Positions 25,231-37,677 of a stretch of DNA of 64,000 nucleotides are shown one piece after another. The number at the start of each line of letters is the position of its first letter. Position 1 is the stretch's first letter. The translations under genes and the position numbers were made by a program. The notes under the pieces were generated by a model. That model saw nothing but the letters and a program-made list of their open reading frames with translations, did not search any database and was not told the origin of the DNA. Source of the stretch: Podarcis muralis (lineage: Eukaryota); NCBI RefSeq assembly GCF_964188315.1, contig NC_135655.1, positions 82,336,001-82,400,000 of the forward strand, read 5' to 3'.

Positions 25231-26175
25231 ATGTCCACAGAAAATACCAGTGTTGTGTCTGAATTTATCTTTGTGGGACTTGTAGATGTACCGGAACTGA
25301 AGATTCCCATCTTCACATTGTTGCTGCTGATCTATGTTATCACTGTGGTGGGCAACCTAGGGATGATTTTGCTGATCCGAATGGACTCTCAGCTGCACAC
25401 CCCCATGTACTTTTTCCTCAGTAATCTGGCTTTCTTAGATTTTTGCTATTCCTCCAACATCACCCCCAAAGCCTTAAGCAATTTCCTATCAGAGAGGAGA
25501 ACCATTTCTTTCCTAGGATGCTTCATCCAATTGTATTTCTTTGTTGCTCTGGCAAGCACAGAGTTCATGCTTTTTGGGCTGATGGCTTATGACCGCTATG
25601 TGGCCATCTGCAACCCTTTGTTGTACACTTCAATCATGTCACACACCCGATGCATCAAGATGGCTGGCGGAGCATTCACAGCCGGCTTCTTGAACTCAAT
25701 CATTCATACCACTTTGGTAGGTACTTTGTCTTTTTGCCAGTCTAATGAAATCAACCATTTCTTCTGTGAGATCCCCCCACTACTCAAGCTCTCATGTTCT
25801 GATACATCCATAGCTGAAACACTAGTTTTCATGTGTGCTGGAATCAATATGTTAGGCTCTCTCTTGATAATACTGAGTTCTTACCTGTACATCCTTTTCA
25901 CGGTGCTCCAGATGAAGTCAGCCAAGGGCCGCAAGAAAGCCTTTTCCACCTGCATCTCCCATCTGATTGCTGTGATCATATTCTATGGAACTACTATATA
26001 TATTTACTTACAACCTAGTTCCAACTATTCAGAGGATCAGAATAAAGTTGTGTCAATGTTCTATTCCTTTGTCATCCCAATGCTCAACCCCTTAATTTAC
26101 AGTCTGAGGAACAAGGAGGTGAAGGAGGCAATGAAGAGAGTGATGGATAAGAATGCATTTTCACATTTACTATAA
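25231..26175 (+). CDS. Olfactory receptor, OR5F1-like, array copy 3 (314 aa)
   Basis: Intact ORF and motifs. Confidence 0.95.
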   Translation: MSTENTSVVSEFIFVGLVDVPELKIPIFTLLLLIYVITVVGNLGMILLIRMDSQLHTPMYFFLSNLAFLDFCYSSNITPKALSNFLSERRTISFLGCFIQLYFFVALASTEFMLFGLMAYDRYVAICNPLLYTSIMSHTRCIKMAGGAFTAGFLNSIIHTTLVGTLSFCQSNEINHFFCEIPPLLKLSCSDTSIAETLVFMCAGINMLGSLLIILSSYLYILFTVLQMKSAKGRKKAFSTCISHLIAVIIFYGTTIYIYLQPSSNYSEDQNKVVSMFYSFVIPMLNPLIYSLRNKEVKEAMKRVMDKNAFSHLL

Positions 26176-29100
26176 AATACTATATCAACAGACTGTCAAA
26201 TCAGTTCGATAGCACGTTAGATTTTATTCAAGTCCTCTAGCCTTGTTATGTAAAGTACTTAAGCATGTTCTTCATTTAAACATATCTGTAATGCAACAGA
26301 ACTGTCTATGTTCTTTACCATATTTTTAAACATTTTAGAGAACATATGGATCCCCATTGTATTTGGAGTTGATAGTCAAGTATTCACCCTGATACAATGA
26401 GCATTGAGCTATTAGAAATCACACCCCAAAAAGAGGCCCTCAAAATTTGCAAGAAAGAAGCAATGCAAAAATGATGGCAGAGCTGGATGCATGTGTTCCC
26501 AAATTGCCTGAAATGGGTGGGAAACCTGGGGTCCTCTAGACTTTTTTGGACTCTGATGATTTCTTTCATCCACACCCAGTGTAGAATCCTTCTGGACCAT
26601 AAGGGTAAGAAGGTTTTGGGAAAGAAGAAAAAACATTGTTCTGTGTGGTTATGCTACTTCTTGAAATACAAGATGGTGCTGGGTACTGTTTTCCTAAAAT
26701 GTGACCATTGACAGGTAGGCACTGAATGGTTCCATCATCTCTCACATGCTTTTGGCATCTACCTGAAGAAGTCACCTGTAGTTTGGAGGTGGGATGTCAT
26801 CACAATGCTGATGACACCCAGCTCTTACTTATTGCTTCCACAATTCAATCCTGGGGAGGCACTGCAAATTCTAAACTTTTCATAGTTTTGGAAGAAAATC
26901 AATTGAAATGTAATCAAGGTAGGACAGAAGCAATCTTGGTTGGCCATTTTAATGATCTTGGAGAAAGTACACAGACTTTTCTCAGCCGGCTGTACAGAAG
27001 TGCCCTAATGTTCAGAAAGATAGAATATACATTTGTGAAAGAGTCTAAAGAACTAGGGTGGTTGGTTTCATACTTCACATGGTAGTACAAGCATTTGTCT
27101 GCAGAGCTAGAGGGAGGGTGAAAGAGTTTATACTATGTGGAGAAGCAGCTGAACTGAGTTCATCCTTGCCTTGGAAATGGGGTCTGTGTTGCTTGCAAGC
27201 TCAGTGAATAAAGTTGTGTCTGTTACTGGTCTACCTTTTACCTGGTCCGATAATATGGAAATGACAACTTCTGAGTCTCTGGATCTTTCTTATTCCTTGG
27301 AGATTAAGTTCCCTGATAATTAGTATATTAGTATAAACATTTTTGTTCCCACATGAATACTTGCCAAAAGGAATTTAAGGCATAGTGGCAGAAAGATATA
27401 GTTCTTTTGTAAACCTCAGCAGATGGGGTAGACCTGACCATGAATGAAATCAGCCCCACACTCTTTACTTACTAGGATGATTACTTTATTGAGAACTTAA
27501 AGGTACATTGTAGCTCAGTCACTGAGTCACAGAAAGAAAACACTTCTGAAGGTTGGTGGTGGGGCACTTCCAATGTCAAGTGACTTTCTTCGTAGTCATA
27601 CAGGTAGGTAGTTTCTGATCCCATCAAGTTACATGTGTTCCAACATTATTGCCCTTTTACAGTGCTTCTGACTGTGGATATGAATGGTGAATGTGTGTGA
27701 ATGTGTGTGTCTATACTTTCTCTGTGTGTGGTGCAGACACGCATATATATGAAAGAGTGTGTGCATGAGAGAATGGGTTGTGTATTTTTAGGGATGGGTG
27801 AGTACTGCTTGATGTGAATGGGGCATTTGGGTAGTTAGAATGTGAGATGGGGGGGGAGAGGAGAGTGAACAGTGTATATATCTGAAATGGGAGGACTACG
27901 GTGAAGGCATCAGATGGAATCATCCTCCAAAGAAATGTTAATACTGTTTCAGGCAGCCCCAATCTCCAAGTGGTGGGAGATTTTAGAGGTTCCAGCACTT
28001 TTTCAGATTTCGTTTTCCTTGGAATGAAGCTCAGCGAAGACTGTGGTGCATTAAGATACCTAGTTTCATTTAGACACATACAGTATACAACCTGAGCATA
28101 AGATGGAGGGGCTCACAGCATTAACACCCCAACAGATCTTGTTTCTCTATCAGCCCCAGCTTTGAATATAGCACAGTTCCAGCATGTCTCTGTTTCTCCA
28201 GCTTCCAGCCTGCTTCCAGCTCAGTTCACACCCACCCACCAGACTATTGTTTTCCTATCTAGCAGCTAGGTGAGCACAAGTGAATGAAAGGCCCCCCTAT
28301 TAGTCTGGAAGGCACCATCACCTAGTGATAGCCTAGCTCATTCGTTTTGGATGCCGAAGAGGATACTTAAGGGGTCAGCTAAAGCCATTCTATTACAAGG
28401 AAACTTCTCTGACTAGTTCAGCAATCTCCTCTGTTAGATTCCAGCCCTCACTGGGTACAGGAGCCCAATAATTGGAAGGGTCTAAGGGCATTATCCAGAC
28501 AGGACCCCCAAAATCCACATTGCTGATAACTGCAGTCCCTCAGCAATCGACACATACTTGTGTCATGCACAGACTCATTACCTTATCCAGACCTGCCCCC
28601 TATCTCTCTATTTAACAATAGGGACACAGGTAACAGCCAATCACAACACCATCATCCCCCATAGTAACTGTTGTTCATCCATGAATGATGGAGGTATTGC
28701 CCATCATTCATGGGTGGACAACTACTTTCTTCAGGGCCATATAATTCAGAGAGTTAGGGAAATGAATCATCTATTAGTGTAGTAGCACAGTACTTACGTA
28801 AAAAATGTGTAACTAATTACATATAATTTACTGAGGGTTCTTTTTTTAAAAAAAGACCCTGAGAAAATACAGTTGCATTCAGTTCAACAAGAAACTCCAT
28901 TTCTAATCAGTGAATGAACAGGGAAGTTGGGAATTTGTGCATGTGTGCCCATGTACAGTGGAGATCTCTGACATAAGGTTGCCATTTTTCAAACAGTGAA
29001 AATCCAGACAGAAAAGGCTTACTTTATTTTTTATTTGCAGATTGAGAAGAAAAAGAAAAATTATGCTCTACAACCTAAGGCACACAAGCTGTCTGTACAC

Positions 29101-29272
29101 ATTGACAACCCAGGAAATGCATTACTTAGTACAACCAGATTTTTTTGGTTATGACTACTGAAGGTATATCATTCGCTCTTCCCAGCTGAATCCATCCTCT
29201 CCCCCAACTGAAATCATATAAAGATCCGTCTTCATTCAAAATAAAAATAGCAGGAATAAATCAGCTACAAAA

Positions 29273-30217
29273 ATGTCTACAGAAAATACCAGTGTTGTGT
29301 CTGAATTTATCTTTGTGGGACTTGTAGATGTACCAGAACTGAAGATTCCCATCTTCACATTGTTGCTGCTGATCTATGTTATCACTGTGGTGGGCAACCT
29401 AGGGATCATTTTGCTGATCCGAATGGACTCTCAGCTGCACACCCCCATGTACTTTTTCCTCAGTAATCTGGCTTTCTTAGATTTTTGCTATTCCTCCAAC
29501 ATCACCCCCAAAGCCTTAAGAACTTTACTATCAGAGAAGAGAACCATTTCTTTCCTGGGATGCTTCATCCAATTGTATTTCTTTGTTGCTCTGGTAAGTA
29601 CAGAATGCATTCTTTTTGGGCTAATGGCTTATGACCGCTATGTGGCCATCTGCAACCCTTTGTTGTACACATCAATCATGTCACACACCCGATGCGTCAA
29701 GATGGCTGGCGGAGCATTCACAGCCGGCTTCTTGAACTCAATCATTCATACCACTTTGGCAGGTACTTTGTGTTTTTGCCAGTCTAATGAAATCAACCAT
29801 TTCTTCTGTGAGATCCCCCCACTACTCAAGCTCTCATGTTCTGATACATCCATAGCTGAAACACTAGTTTTCATGTGTGCTGGAATCAATATATTGGGCT
29901 CTCTCTTGATAATCCTGAGTTCTTACCTGTACATCCTTTTCACGGTGCTCCATATGAAGTCAGCCAAGGGCCGCAAGAAAGCCTTTTCCACCTGCATCTC
30001 CCACCTGATTGCTGTGATCATATTCTATGGAACTGGCCTGTTTACATATTTACAGCCAAGTTCCAACTATTCAGGGGATCAGAATAAAACAGCCTCTCTA
30101 TTTTATGCCTTTGTCATCCCAATGCTCAACCCCTTAATCTACAGTCTGAGGAACAAGGAGGTGAAGGAGGCAATGAAGAGAGTAACAGGTAAAAGTGCAT
30201 CTTCTCACTTACTATAG
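29273..30217 (+). CDS. Olfactory receptor, OR5F1-like, array copy 4 (314 aa, distinct C-terminus)
   Basis: Intact ORF and motifs; ends [12 protein letters not shown]. Confidence 0.95.
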   Translation: MSTENTSVVSEFIFVGLVDVPELKIPIFTLLLLIYVITVVGNLGIILLIRMDSQLHTPMYFFLSNLAFLDFCYSSNITPKALRTLLSEKRTISFLGCFIQLYFFVALVSTECILFGLMAYDRYVAICNPLLYTSIMSHTRCVKMAGGAFTAGFLNSIIHTTLAGTLCFCQSNEINHFFCEIPPLLKLSCSDTSIAETLVFMCAGINILGSLLIILSSYLYILFTVLHMKSAKGRKKAFSTCISHLIAVIIFYGTGLFTYLQPSSNYSGDQNKTASLFYAFVIPMLNPLIYSLRNKEVKEAMKRVTGKSASSHLL

Positions 30218-30252
30218 CTTGCTACTTTAAAAGGTTTTCAAGTCATATAGAT

Positions 30253-31320
30253 GAGCTTTTATTTTTTTGTATATAATTTTTATTAAATTTTCTAGTTTAC
30301 AATTAAAATACTCATTTTTACATCCTTAAAATATCAATGACTTTCCTTCTTCCCTTTCCATGGTTCATTACATATCATAAATCCCTGAATATTTTACAAA
30401 AACTATACCATTCAGTATTCCATTATTGCATCCATCACAACTATTTATACTGTTGAATTTATCTTAATGCTGCCAACGTTTTCAGCTGTACACAATTATT
30501 TCCCATATATTCAATAAATGTTTTCCAATATTCTCTAAATACGTGTTCTTCTTGTTCTCTGAGTCTATATGTTAAGTATCCGAGCTGCTTATATTCTGTC
30601 AGTTTAAGTTGCCATTCTTTGGTTGAGACCTCGCTCGTTTTCCATTTTGGGGCTTTACACAGGCCGCAGTAGTAGTATACATAAATAACCTTTTTTGACA
30701 CTTGGGAATTTCAGTCTGAGTTACCCCCAACAGAAAAGACTCTGTTTATTATGGATCATTTCCCAATACTCTTTTACCCTTTTACAAATCCATCTCATAT
30801 GAAAGAATGTTCCCTCCACATATTTGCATCTCCAGCACTTATCTGATTCAGCCTTATACATTTTCGCAAGCCTACTCAGAGTTAGATACTATCTGTAAAT
30901 CATTTTCAAGTAGTTCTCCTTCAAATAATAACATGCTGTAAACTTCAAATCACTTTTTCAGTTTCCCCCAGAGGTTAAAATCTGTGTTTTGTCCTATATC
31001 TATCACCCAGTGTGCTTTAACACGCCCGTCTTTTGTTTCCCAGTCCAATAACAACTTATATATTTTGTACAAAAGTTTCTCTTTGTTTTGTAGAAATTCT
31101 TTCTCGAATTGTGAGCTTTGGGGTGAAAAACATTTTTTTCTATCTAATTTAAACATTTCATGTAACTGATGGTATTGTAATCCCCTGTAAAGTACAGCAA
31201 TTCTCTGTAAATTACCCACTGATATGGATTACCTTTTAGATATTTTCAAGTATTCTAGTCTGGTGACATGGGGTACTTAAGTACTTAACTTCCATTTAAG
31301 TGAATCTGTAATCTTCTAGA
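30253..31320 (-). mobile_element. Degraded L1-clade LINE 3' end
   Basis: KFTACYYLKENYLKMIYR, CWRC...FH..WIC zinc knuckle and KWK...EW.LKL.EY motifs with stops; homologous to the 63.2-63.9 kb element; A-rich tail near 30255. Confidence 0.8.
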
Positions 31321-31349
31321 AATATTTGCTATGTCTTCAAGGCTAGATC

Positions 31350-31380
<31 letters not shown>

Positions 31381-32504
31381 GGTATACAACAGTGCTCCAG
31401 CAGCACTCCAAAGCATAATTGCCAGGGTGCTGAAAAGCACTTCCCCAATGCTACTGGACATGACCATGTACAGTAGGTAGAACAAGAACTACCAGGACAC
31501 AGTGCCTTCAATTCCCATCCCACAGAGCCAGCCCAAGATGGAGGAATCCAAGGTCACAGAGAGACAGAGATGCAGGAGAAAGCTTGAACTTCCCATGTCC
31601 CACTCTTGGTAATGGTCATCCATCAGAGCAACCAAGACTGGCTCCATCTCATGGCCAGGTGTGGACCCAGATTAGAATGATCTAGATAATGCATGACATT
31701 CAAAATGCCTGCAGTTCCTCTCTTGACCACTTGCCAAAGGAAGGGGGTTGGTTGCCTTCCGTCCCTTCCTTGCAGTCTTCCAGGACCACAAAGGGCTTGA
31801 AGAAGCAGGCACAGCAGCAACTTCTGTGTAGGAGAAGTTTCAGGTTGCTATTGTGCATGCCATCAGATGATGGTACGTAAGTTTGGGCAGAGGCATGGCC
31901 GTGCTGTTGCTCCAACAGTCCAGCTTGGAGCACAAGGAGGAGAGGATGCAAGCTACTTAGGCACCAGAAGCGGGTGTGTTTAGTGCACCTACTGTGTGTG
32001 CTTTGTCAATAAAGAATTAAACTACCATCCATTTGTCATCTTTGGGCTGGGTGTGCTCAGGACACCTGCCACATGGGAGACATGATTCTGTGTACTAACC
32101 AGTGTTGGGTTGACTTCAAAATATGAATTGCATCATTTGTACTCTAGTCTTCATCTGGCTTGTTTCATAGCCTGTAGCTCACCAGAATACCCCGGAGACA
32201 CTTGGGTTCCACAATGCTGGAGTGGACATTTAGCAGTGACTCTATCAACCACCTGTCTCATCTTCCCATTCCACAGCGAGACCATGATCAACAGCTTTCT
32301 CCACTGGAAAGCCTGGCAGAGCATTCAGGAATCCAACAGGTTCCATCAGTCTCTGGGGGTGAGCTACCCAATGAGTTCCATCACCCTTGCAGTGAGGAAT
32401 ATCTGCCACCCCTCCAATCTAGGCCAGAAACAAACTTCATTTGGTGACTGCTGGACAGTGGGGCCAAGATGCCTGTGTCACATTCACATATCCGAAGTCC
32501 ACAT

Positions 32505-32890
32505 TTATTGATTGATTGATTGCCCACCTTTCACCCTAAGCTTCCAGGGTGGGTTATCACATTAAAGCACAACATCATTTAAAAAAAAAATGACAATCAT
32601 AAAAATAAGGTGGGTCCTGAAAACATACACCTCAAGTTTCAAAGGCCAGGGTAAAGAAGTACGTCTTCAGCACTCTCCAGAAGTTGTATAATGAAGGTGC
32701 CAGACACACCTCTGTGAGGAGGGAGTTCCACAAATTAAGAGGCTGCCACAGAGAATGCCACCACTGCCTGAGCCTCTGAGAGCAGAGGAACTACCAAGAG
32801 GGCTTCCTCTGCTGATCTCAGCGCCTGAGAGGGTCTTTAGGGAAGGAGACGGTCTTTCAGGTATTTGGCACCTGAGCCATTTAGGGCTGT
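32505..32890 (-). mobile_element. Older L2 LINE 3' fragment
   Basis: Reverse strand gives ALNGSGAKYLKDRL, followed by an L2-type 3' UTR and (caat)n tail. Confidence 0.7.
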
Positions 32891-33018
32891 TTTCCTGTAG
32901 TGGAAACAAGGGAAAGCATTTCAAAAGCTTTCTGAGCGCTGGTTAATATGAGCACTGGTGTTTCCATCCTAAAAACTTAGGACACCAACCTTCATTGATT
33001 CATGTTTTACCCCTGCAG

Positions 33019-33201
33019 TATCGTGATATACTTGTAACTCTTTGGTTTGGATATCCAACAGTCCCTTTCCTCCTGAACCCTTCACCAGCTTCCGTCAAGT
33101 TCTCCAGGGACTTGGTCTCAACAGCATGATGATTAACGCAAACCTTCAAAAGCAACAGTTCCTGCAATGAGACAATGCATAATCCATTACGTGCTTCACA
33201 G
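33019..33201 (+). other. Predicted non-coding 5' exon of the OR at 34586
   Basis: Acceptor ttttacccctgcag at 33018 and perfect donor CAG|GTAAGT at 33201/33202; fits the usual OR gene layout; unverified. Confidence 0.35.
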
Positions 33202-34585
33202 GTAAGTTACCACAAATGAGAACCATTTAAGGAGAATTTGACCTGAATATGGTAATTTTTGCTATCTTAGCAGCTGCAACACAGTGGTAAATTGCTGTCT
33301 TCCTTGATGCAGACATATCAAAGATTCCGGCTTGTGACTATTCTGCATAAAGGCTTCACAAAGGCACCTTACTGTATCATCTTCTACATGGTTTTCTGAG
33401 CTCAAATTGTGTTAATTCATCAAATTATTGCTTTCCTTTAAAAATGTCAGGAAAGCACAACCTCCAAAAGTAAGAAAACTTGTTTTCTTATAATCTGCAT
33501 AGGATGAAAAGAAACTATACAATATTATAAGTGACCTGTTCTTTCCAATAATGTTATGAGGGCACTTAGGTGTTCTGTTTGTACTGCTTTTGCATTTTAC
33601 TGCTTTTGCATATACTACTTTGGGTATTTTTTTTAAAAAAATAAGCAAGTGCTTATAAAGAATGAAGTTCTATAAATAGAGGTTTATTGGCAGCAAGTTG
33701 TTCTGAGCAGTCAATAAACACACACAGAGACAACTTATTTCTAAGCATGTTGACTATTATGCAGTGGTATTTTTGGCTTAATTTCAGTTAGGGTTCATGA
33801 GGTTGAAGCCCTGTAAAATATTTTAATACCAAGGCTCAACTCTGAGAAATACATGGCAATAAGGAAGATACAGTAGCTCTGAGCACGTGCAAAGTGTCCT
33901 TTATCATCAAAGAGAGAAGGCAAATTCAGGTCAGCAAGTGAGGTTTCTAATCACACTTGAGCCATAGCATTTACAAATTAACCATTTAAGGTACTTTTAC
34001 ACACTCTTGCAATAGTTTACACCTCAATCAGAGTTCTGTAGATCTCCTTCGTGAAATGCCCAATTAAGCTGTGGCCCAAATTACTAAAGTAATAGTGGCT
34101 CCACCAGTGCACTCCCAGTAAGCAGCAGCTCTGCTGACAGGAGGCCAAGAACATGGGCACTGCCCCTCCTCACCAGCCACTACTGGTGAGGCAGCCTCAG
34201 GAGCCGTCATGTGATACCCTGGCTGAGAACCAGGTAGCCCTTCAAACAGAGGACATCTTTCAAAAAGAAGACTGTTCTCTGCAAAGTTCTCTGCAAAGAG
34301 CCCTCCCACACTGCTCCTTCAAGCAACTGCAACCACACCCAAAATGTTCTCACAAGGGTAATATTTATTTATTTGTTGTTGTTTGTTTATTTAATTTTGC
34401 CATATATCGCACACCTCCCTATAAAATATACAAGGCAGCTTTTGAGAATATTTACTCTCCTTCTAGTTTCAAGGGAGAGGCAGAGGAAACTACTTTCTAA
34501 AACCATTTCATTGTCCCCACAGCTCATTCTTCTTCTTGATTCACCTACCATAGATCCAGATGCAATGAAACAAAAACGGGAGGAA

Positions 34586-35524
34586 ATGGCCAAGGGAAAT
34601 TTCACGGCAGTGACGGAGTTCATTCTCCTTGGTTTCACAGATCGTCAGGAGATCAAGACCATTCTCTTTGTGCTCTTCCTGGCCATCTTTCTGGCCACTT
34701 TGGTGGGGAACTTTGGCATCATCACATTAATCTGGATCAGTCCGTCTCTGCACAGTCCTATGTACTTTTTCCTAAACAATCTGGCATTCCTGGACCTCAG
34801 TTATTCCTCCACCATTACCCCCAAGATGCTGGCCAACTTCATAGCAGAGAGGAAGAGCATATCATTCGCAGGATGCATTGTGCAAATGTTTCTGTTTGCT
34901 GCCTTTGCAGATGCAGAATGCCTCCTGCTGGCTGCCATGGCATACGACCGCTACATGGCCATTTGTAACCCACTACTCTATCCACTTTTCATGTCACGCA
35001 AAGTGTGCTTATGTCTGGTAGTTGGCTCCTATCTCACAGGCAGCATGACCTCACTGGTGCACACTTGTCTTACCTTCCGTCTCTCCTTCTGCAGTTCCAA
35101 TGTCATCAACCATTTCTTCTGCGATATCCCTCCTTTGTTGGCCCTCTCCTGCTCCAACACCCACTTCAATGAAATCCTACTCTTTGCCCTGTGTGGATTC
35201 ATCCAAATGAGCACATTTGTGCTCATCATCATCTCTTATGCCTGCATCCTTTGCACCATCTTGAGGATGCCCTCAACCGATGGCCGCCTGAAAGCCTTTT
35301 CCACATGCACCTCCCATTTGACAGCTGTTGCCCTTTTCTATGGCACCCTCTTATTCATGTATCTACGTCCTAGTTCCAGCTATGCCATGGACACAGACAA
35401 AATAATCTCAGTGTTTTACACGGTGGTGTTTCCCATGGTGAACCCATTGATCTACTGCCTGAGGAACAAAGAGGTGAAGGATGCCTTGAAGAGAACATTG
35501 GAGAGACATGTGTGCTGCTGTTAG
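34586..35524 (+). CDS. Olfactory receptor, OR5AS1-like (312 aa; alternative in-frame ATG at 34565)
   Basis: [27 protein letters not shown] and DTDK match remembered OR5AS1 signatures; the ORF track start at 34373 is upstream open frame. Confidence 0.95.
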   Translation: MAKGNFTAVTEFILLGFTDRQEIKTILFVLFLAIFLATLVGNFGIITLIWISPSLHSPMYFFLNNLAFLDLSYSSTITPKMLANFIAERKSISFAGCIVQMFLFAAFADAECLLLAAMAYDRYMAICNPLLYPLFMSRKVCLCLVVGSYLTGSMTSLVHTCLTFRLSFCSSNVINHFFCDIPPLLALSCSNTHFNEILLFALCGFIQMSTFVLIIISYACILCTILRMPSTDGRLKAFSTCTSHLTAVALFYGTLLFMYLRPSSSYAMDTDKIISVFYTVVFPMVNPLIYCLRNKEVKDALKRTLERHVCCC

Positions 35525-35703
35525 TGATGAAATGCAGAGAAAAGGGGACACAAGCTCTTCTTAGTCCATTTGTTATCTACTTTGTGTATAGATAGACTTG
35601 TAAAGGAGTGGTCCAGAAGAATCTATAAACCTGGTCAGAGACACCTGAGTATGAAGAAGCCACACTTCCACATGGTTTGGTTCTAATGTACTATGTTGTT
35701 TTG

Positions 35704-35872
35704 ATGTGGCTCACTGGTAGAGCATCTGCTTTGCATGCAGAAGATCCCAGGTGGGGCTGGGAGAGATCCCTATCTGAAATACTGGAGAGCAGCTGCCAGT
35801 CAGAGTAAAAAAATATTGTGCTAGATTGACCAATTGTCTGACTTAGGATATATAGCATCTTTCCATGATTCC
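35704..35872 (+). mobile_element. Squam2-like tRNA-derived SINE, degraded
   Basis: ggtagagcatctgctttgcatgcagaag head; ctggagagcagctgccagtcag body. Confidence 0.6.
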
Positions 35873-36714
35873 TATTCTGAATGGTTGAATGTCATTTTCT
35901 CAGTGATATATTTGCTCATCTGACACTGCAGGGGGAGGGGTTCTGAACAGGGAGAAGGAAGCACCCCCAACCCTGAAACCACATTACATAAATGTAGAAA
36001 CATTTTTAAACCTATTCATTGATAATTGGTGTTTCCCTGTACCGTATTCCAGCATATTTTATAGGGAAATAATTACTTGACTCTTTCCCCCACACCCTCC
36101 ATTATTCTTTTCATCCTCCTTCTTTCTTGTCTTTTTGGCATGAAATTTGATTTGTGTTTGTTAAAGGGCTGATGTAATGTGACAAAGAAGTGGAACCTGA
36201 GGATCCCCTAGTACAGAATAGTACTGATTCAAGAGAAAAGGAGTGTTTCTCCATTGCTTCTTGGTGCCATCTTTCACTCTCTCTTCCCAATGAAGCATGA
36301 GATAGAAATTGGCAGAAAACTGGGTGACAAAAATGAACCAATTCAACCAGTAAGCCTGAACATCAACAGCAAAAAACAGCATTGCTTCACTGAGAGAACA
36401 ATCCTATACATGTTTCCTCATGGGTCAGCCCCGCAGATTCCAACTGAGCTTACATCCATGTGATGATGGGCAAATTTGCTGGTTTCAGTTTCTCATTTTT
36501 CCAATCTAGAGTTCATTTCTCCACACTTACAAATTGAAGTAGAATGTTGTTGTTTTTTAATGTGAATTAGTTTTTAAAGTCCTCATGAAAATTCATCAGC
36601 ATTTTAGTGTGAATTTATTCAAATACACACATAGTTGCAAAGCAATTTCCCTTAATATAATGCACGTTTGTATGCTTTTCACCAATATATGCAGTTTCAT
36701 GCATACCTCGCCAT

Positions 36715-36715
36715 A

Positions 36716-36754
<39 letters not shown>

Positions 36755-36766
36755 CGAGAAAGAGAG
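36715..36766. repeat. (AC)n(AG)n compound microsatellite
   Basis: Directly visible. Confidence 0.9.
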
Positions 36767-37076
36767 ATTACTTGCCTAGGGAACTGCATTGCAAAATTTG
36801 CAGAAGTGTAAATTCTGAAGGATGTCTGTGTTTGGCTCCTTGTGTTGTTTCAGAAAGTGCAGTTTAGTTAGATTCCCCTTTAAAGGAGAACTGAATAAAA
36901 TTTCTCCCCCTTCCCTACTCTTTGTGCGCAGGAATACAACATGAAAGGGCCAATTCATGCTTTTGGTTGCAGAACAGATCTGCTGGTGTTTACTATGGCA
37001 AATCATACAATGTCAAGTAGAGATGTCCATTTCCATAAATACATGCTAGAATGAAAGAATAACTATGGCTTCTAGG

Positions 37077-37235
37077 CAGGAGTGCCAGCTTGGCCTCGTG
37101 ACCATGGGTCCCCGGGGCTGTGGGTGCCATGCAGTATACATGCCCCTGGCACTGAAATTTGTGGGTGCCCGGCCCCTTCATGGGGAATCTTGTGGGTGCT
37201 CAGGCACCCAGGGCTCCAGGGAGTTGGCACCTATG
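37077..37235. mobile_element. hAT-type MITE
   Basis: Ends caggagtgccagct / agttggcacctatg; 8-bp TSD cttctagg / cttccagg. Confidence 0.65.
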
Positions 37236-37395
37236 CTTCCAGGTGCATGTTCACTGCATGTCTGGAGATACACACGGTATCCTTTAGGGGGGGAATTACA
37301 CACACACAGCAGGTGATGATTAGTGAAGACCAGGCTCAGTCACTGAAACACAAATGAAATTGGGCTTCTTTTCCTTTTCTGTGAGCACTCACAAC

Positions 37396-37578
37396 CAGTG
37401 GCGTAGCGTGGGTTGTCAGCACCCGGGGCAAGGCAAGTAATTTGCGCCCCCTAACCCATGGATTTGCGCCCCCTAACCCGTGGATTTGCGCCCCCTAACC
37501 TGTGAATTTGCCCTAACCCCAGATGTTGCGCCTGGTGCGCCCGGCCCCCCCCCCTGCACCCCCCACGCTACGCCACTG
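37396..37578. mobile_element. Young hAT-type MITE with internal 22-bp tandem repeats
   Basis: 17-bp TIR cagtggcgtagcgtggg; perfect 8-bp TSD ctcacaac; second copy at 61958-62137. Confidence 0.9.
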
Positions 37579-37677
37579 CTCACAACCACCCTTCAAATAA
37601 TTTATTATCTAAGGCTGGGTTAATAAATTATGTGAAGGGTGGTTGTGAGTGCTCACAGAAAAGGACAGGCTGGGTTA

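Larger units (their letters stand above)
12231..30217 (+). repeat. Tandem segmental array of four [upstream spacer + OR] units of about 4 kb
   Basis: ATGs at 14252, 18702, 25231 and 29273; spacers align with one another (e.g. ctagccttgttatg near 12265, 15257, 19708 and 26237). Confidence 0.92.

Noticed and set aside
12231-30217. Array as an assembly artefact of collapsed haplotypes
   Set aside because: Each spacer has private insertions or replacements, and the diverged first spacer occurs only once; long-read confirmation is still desirable
31332-32064. Possible solo LTR (AATAAA near 32010, ends ...caggaca)
   Set aside because: No matching TSD or clear 5' terminus could be found
34373-34564. 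Long N-terminal extensions of OR ORFs in the track (also 5956-6024 and 9497-9553)
   Set aside because: They begin at non-ATG codons or run across likely splice acceptors; the canonical OR start with its N-glycosylation site lies downstream
37420-37520. CRISPR-like array
   Set aside because: Contiguous tandem repeats inside a MITE, without unique spacers or cas genes, in vertebrate DNA
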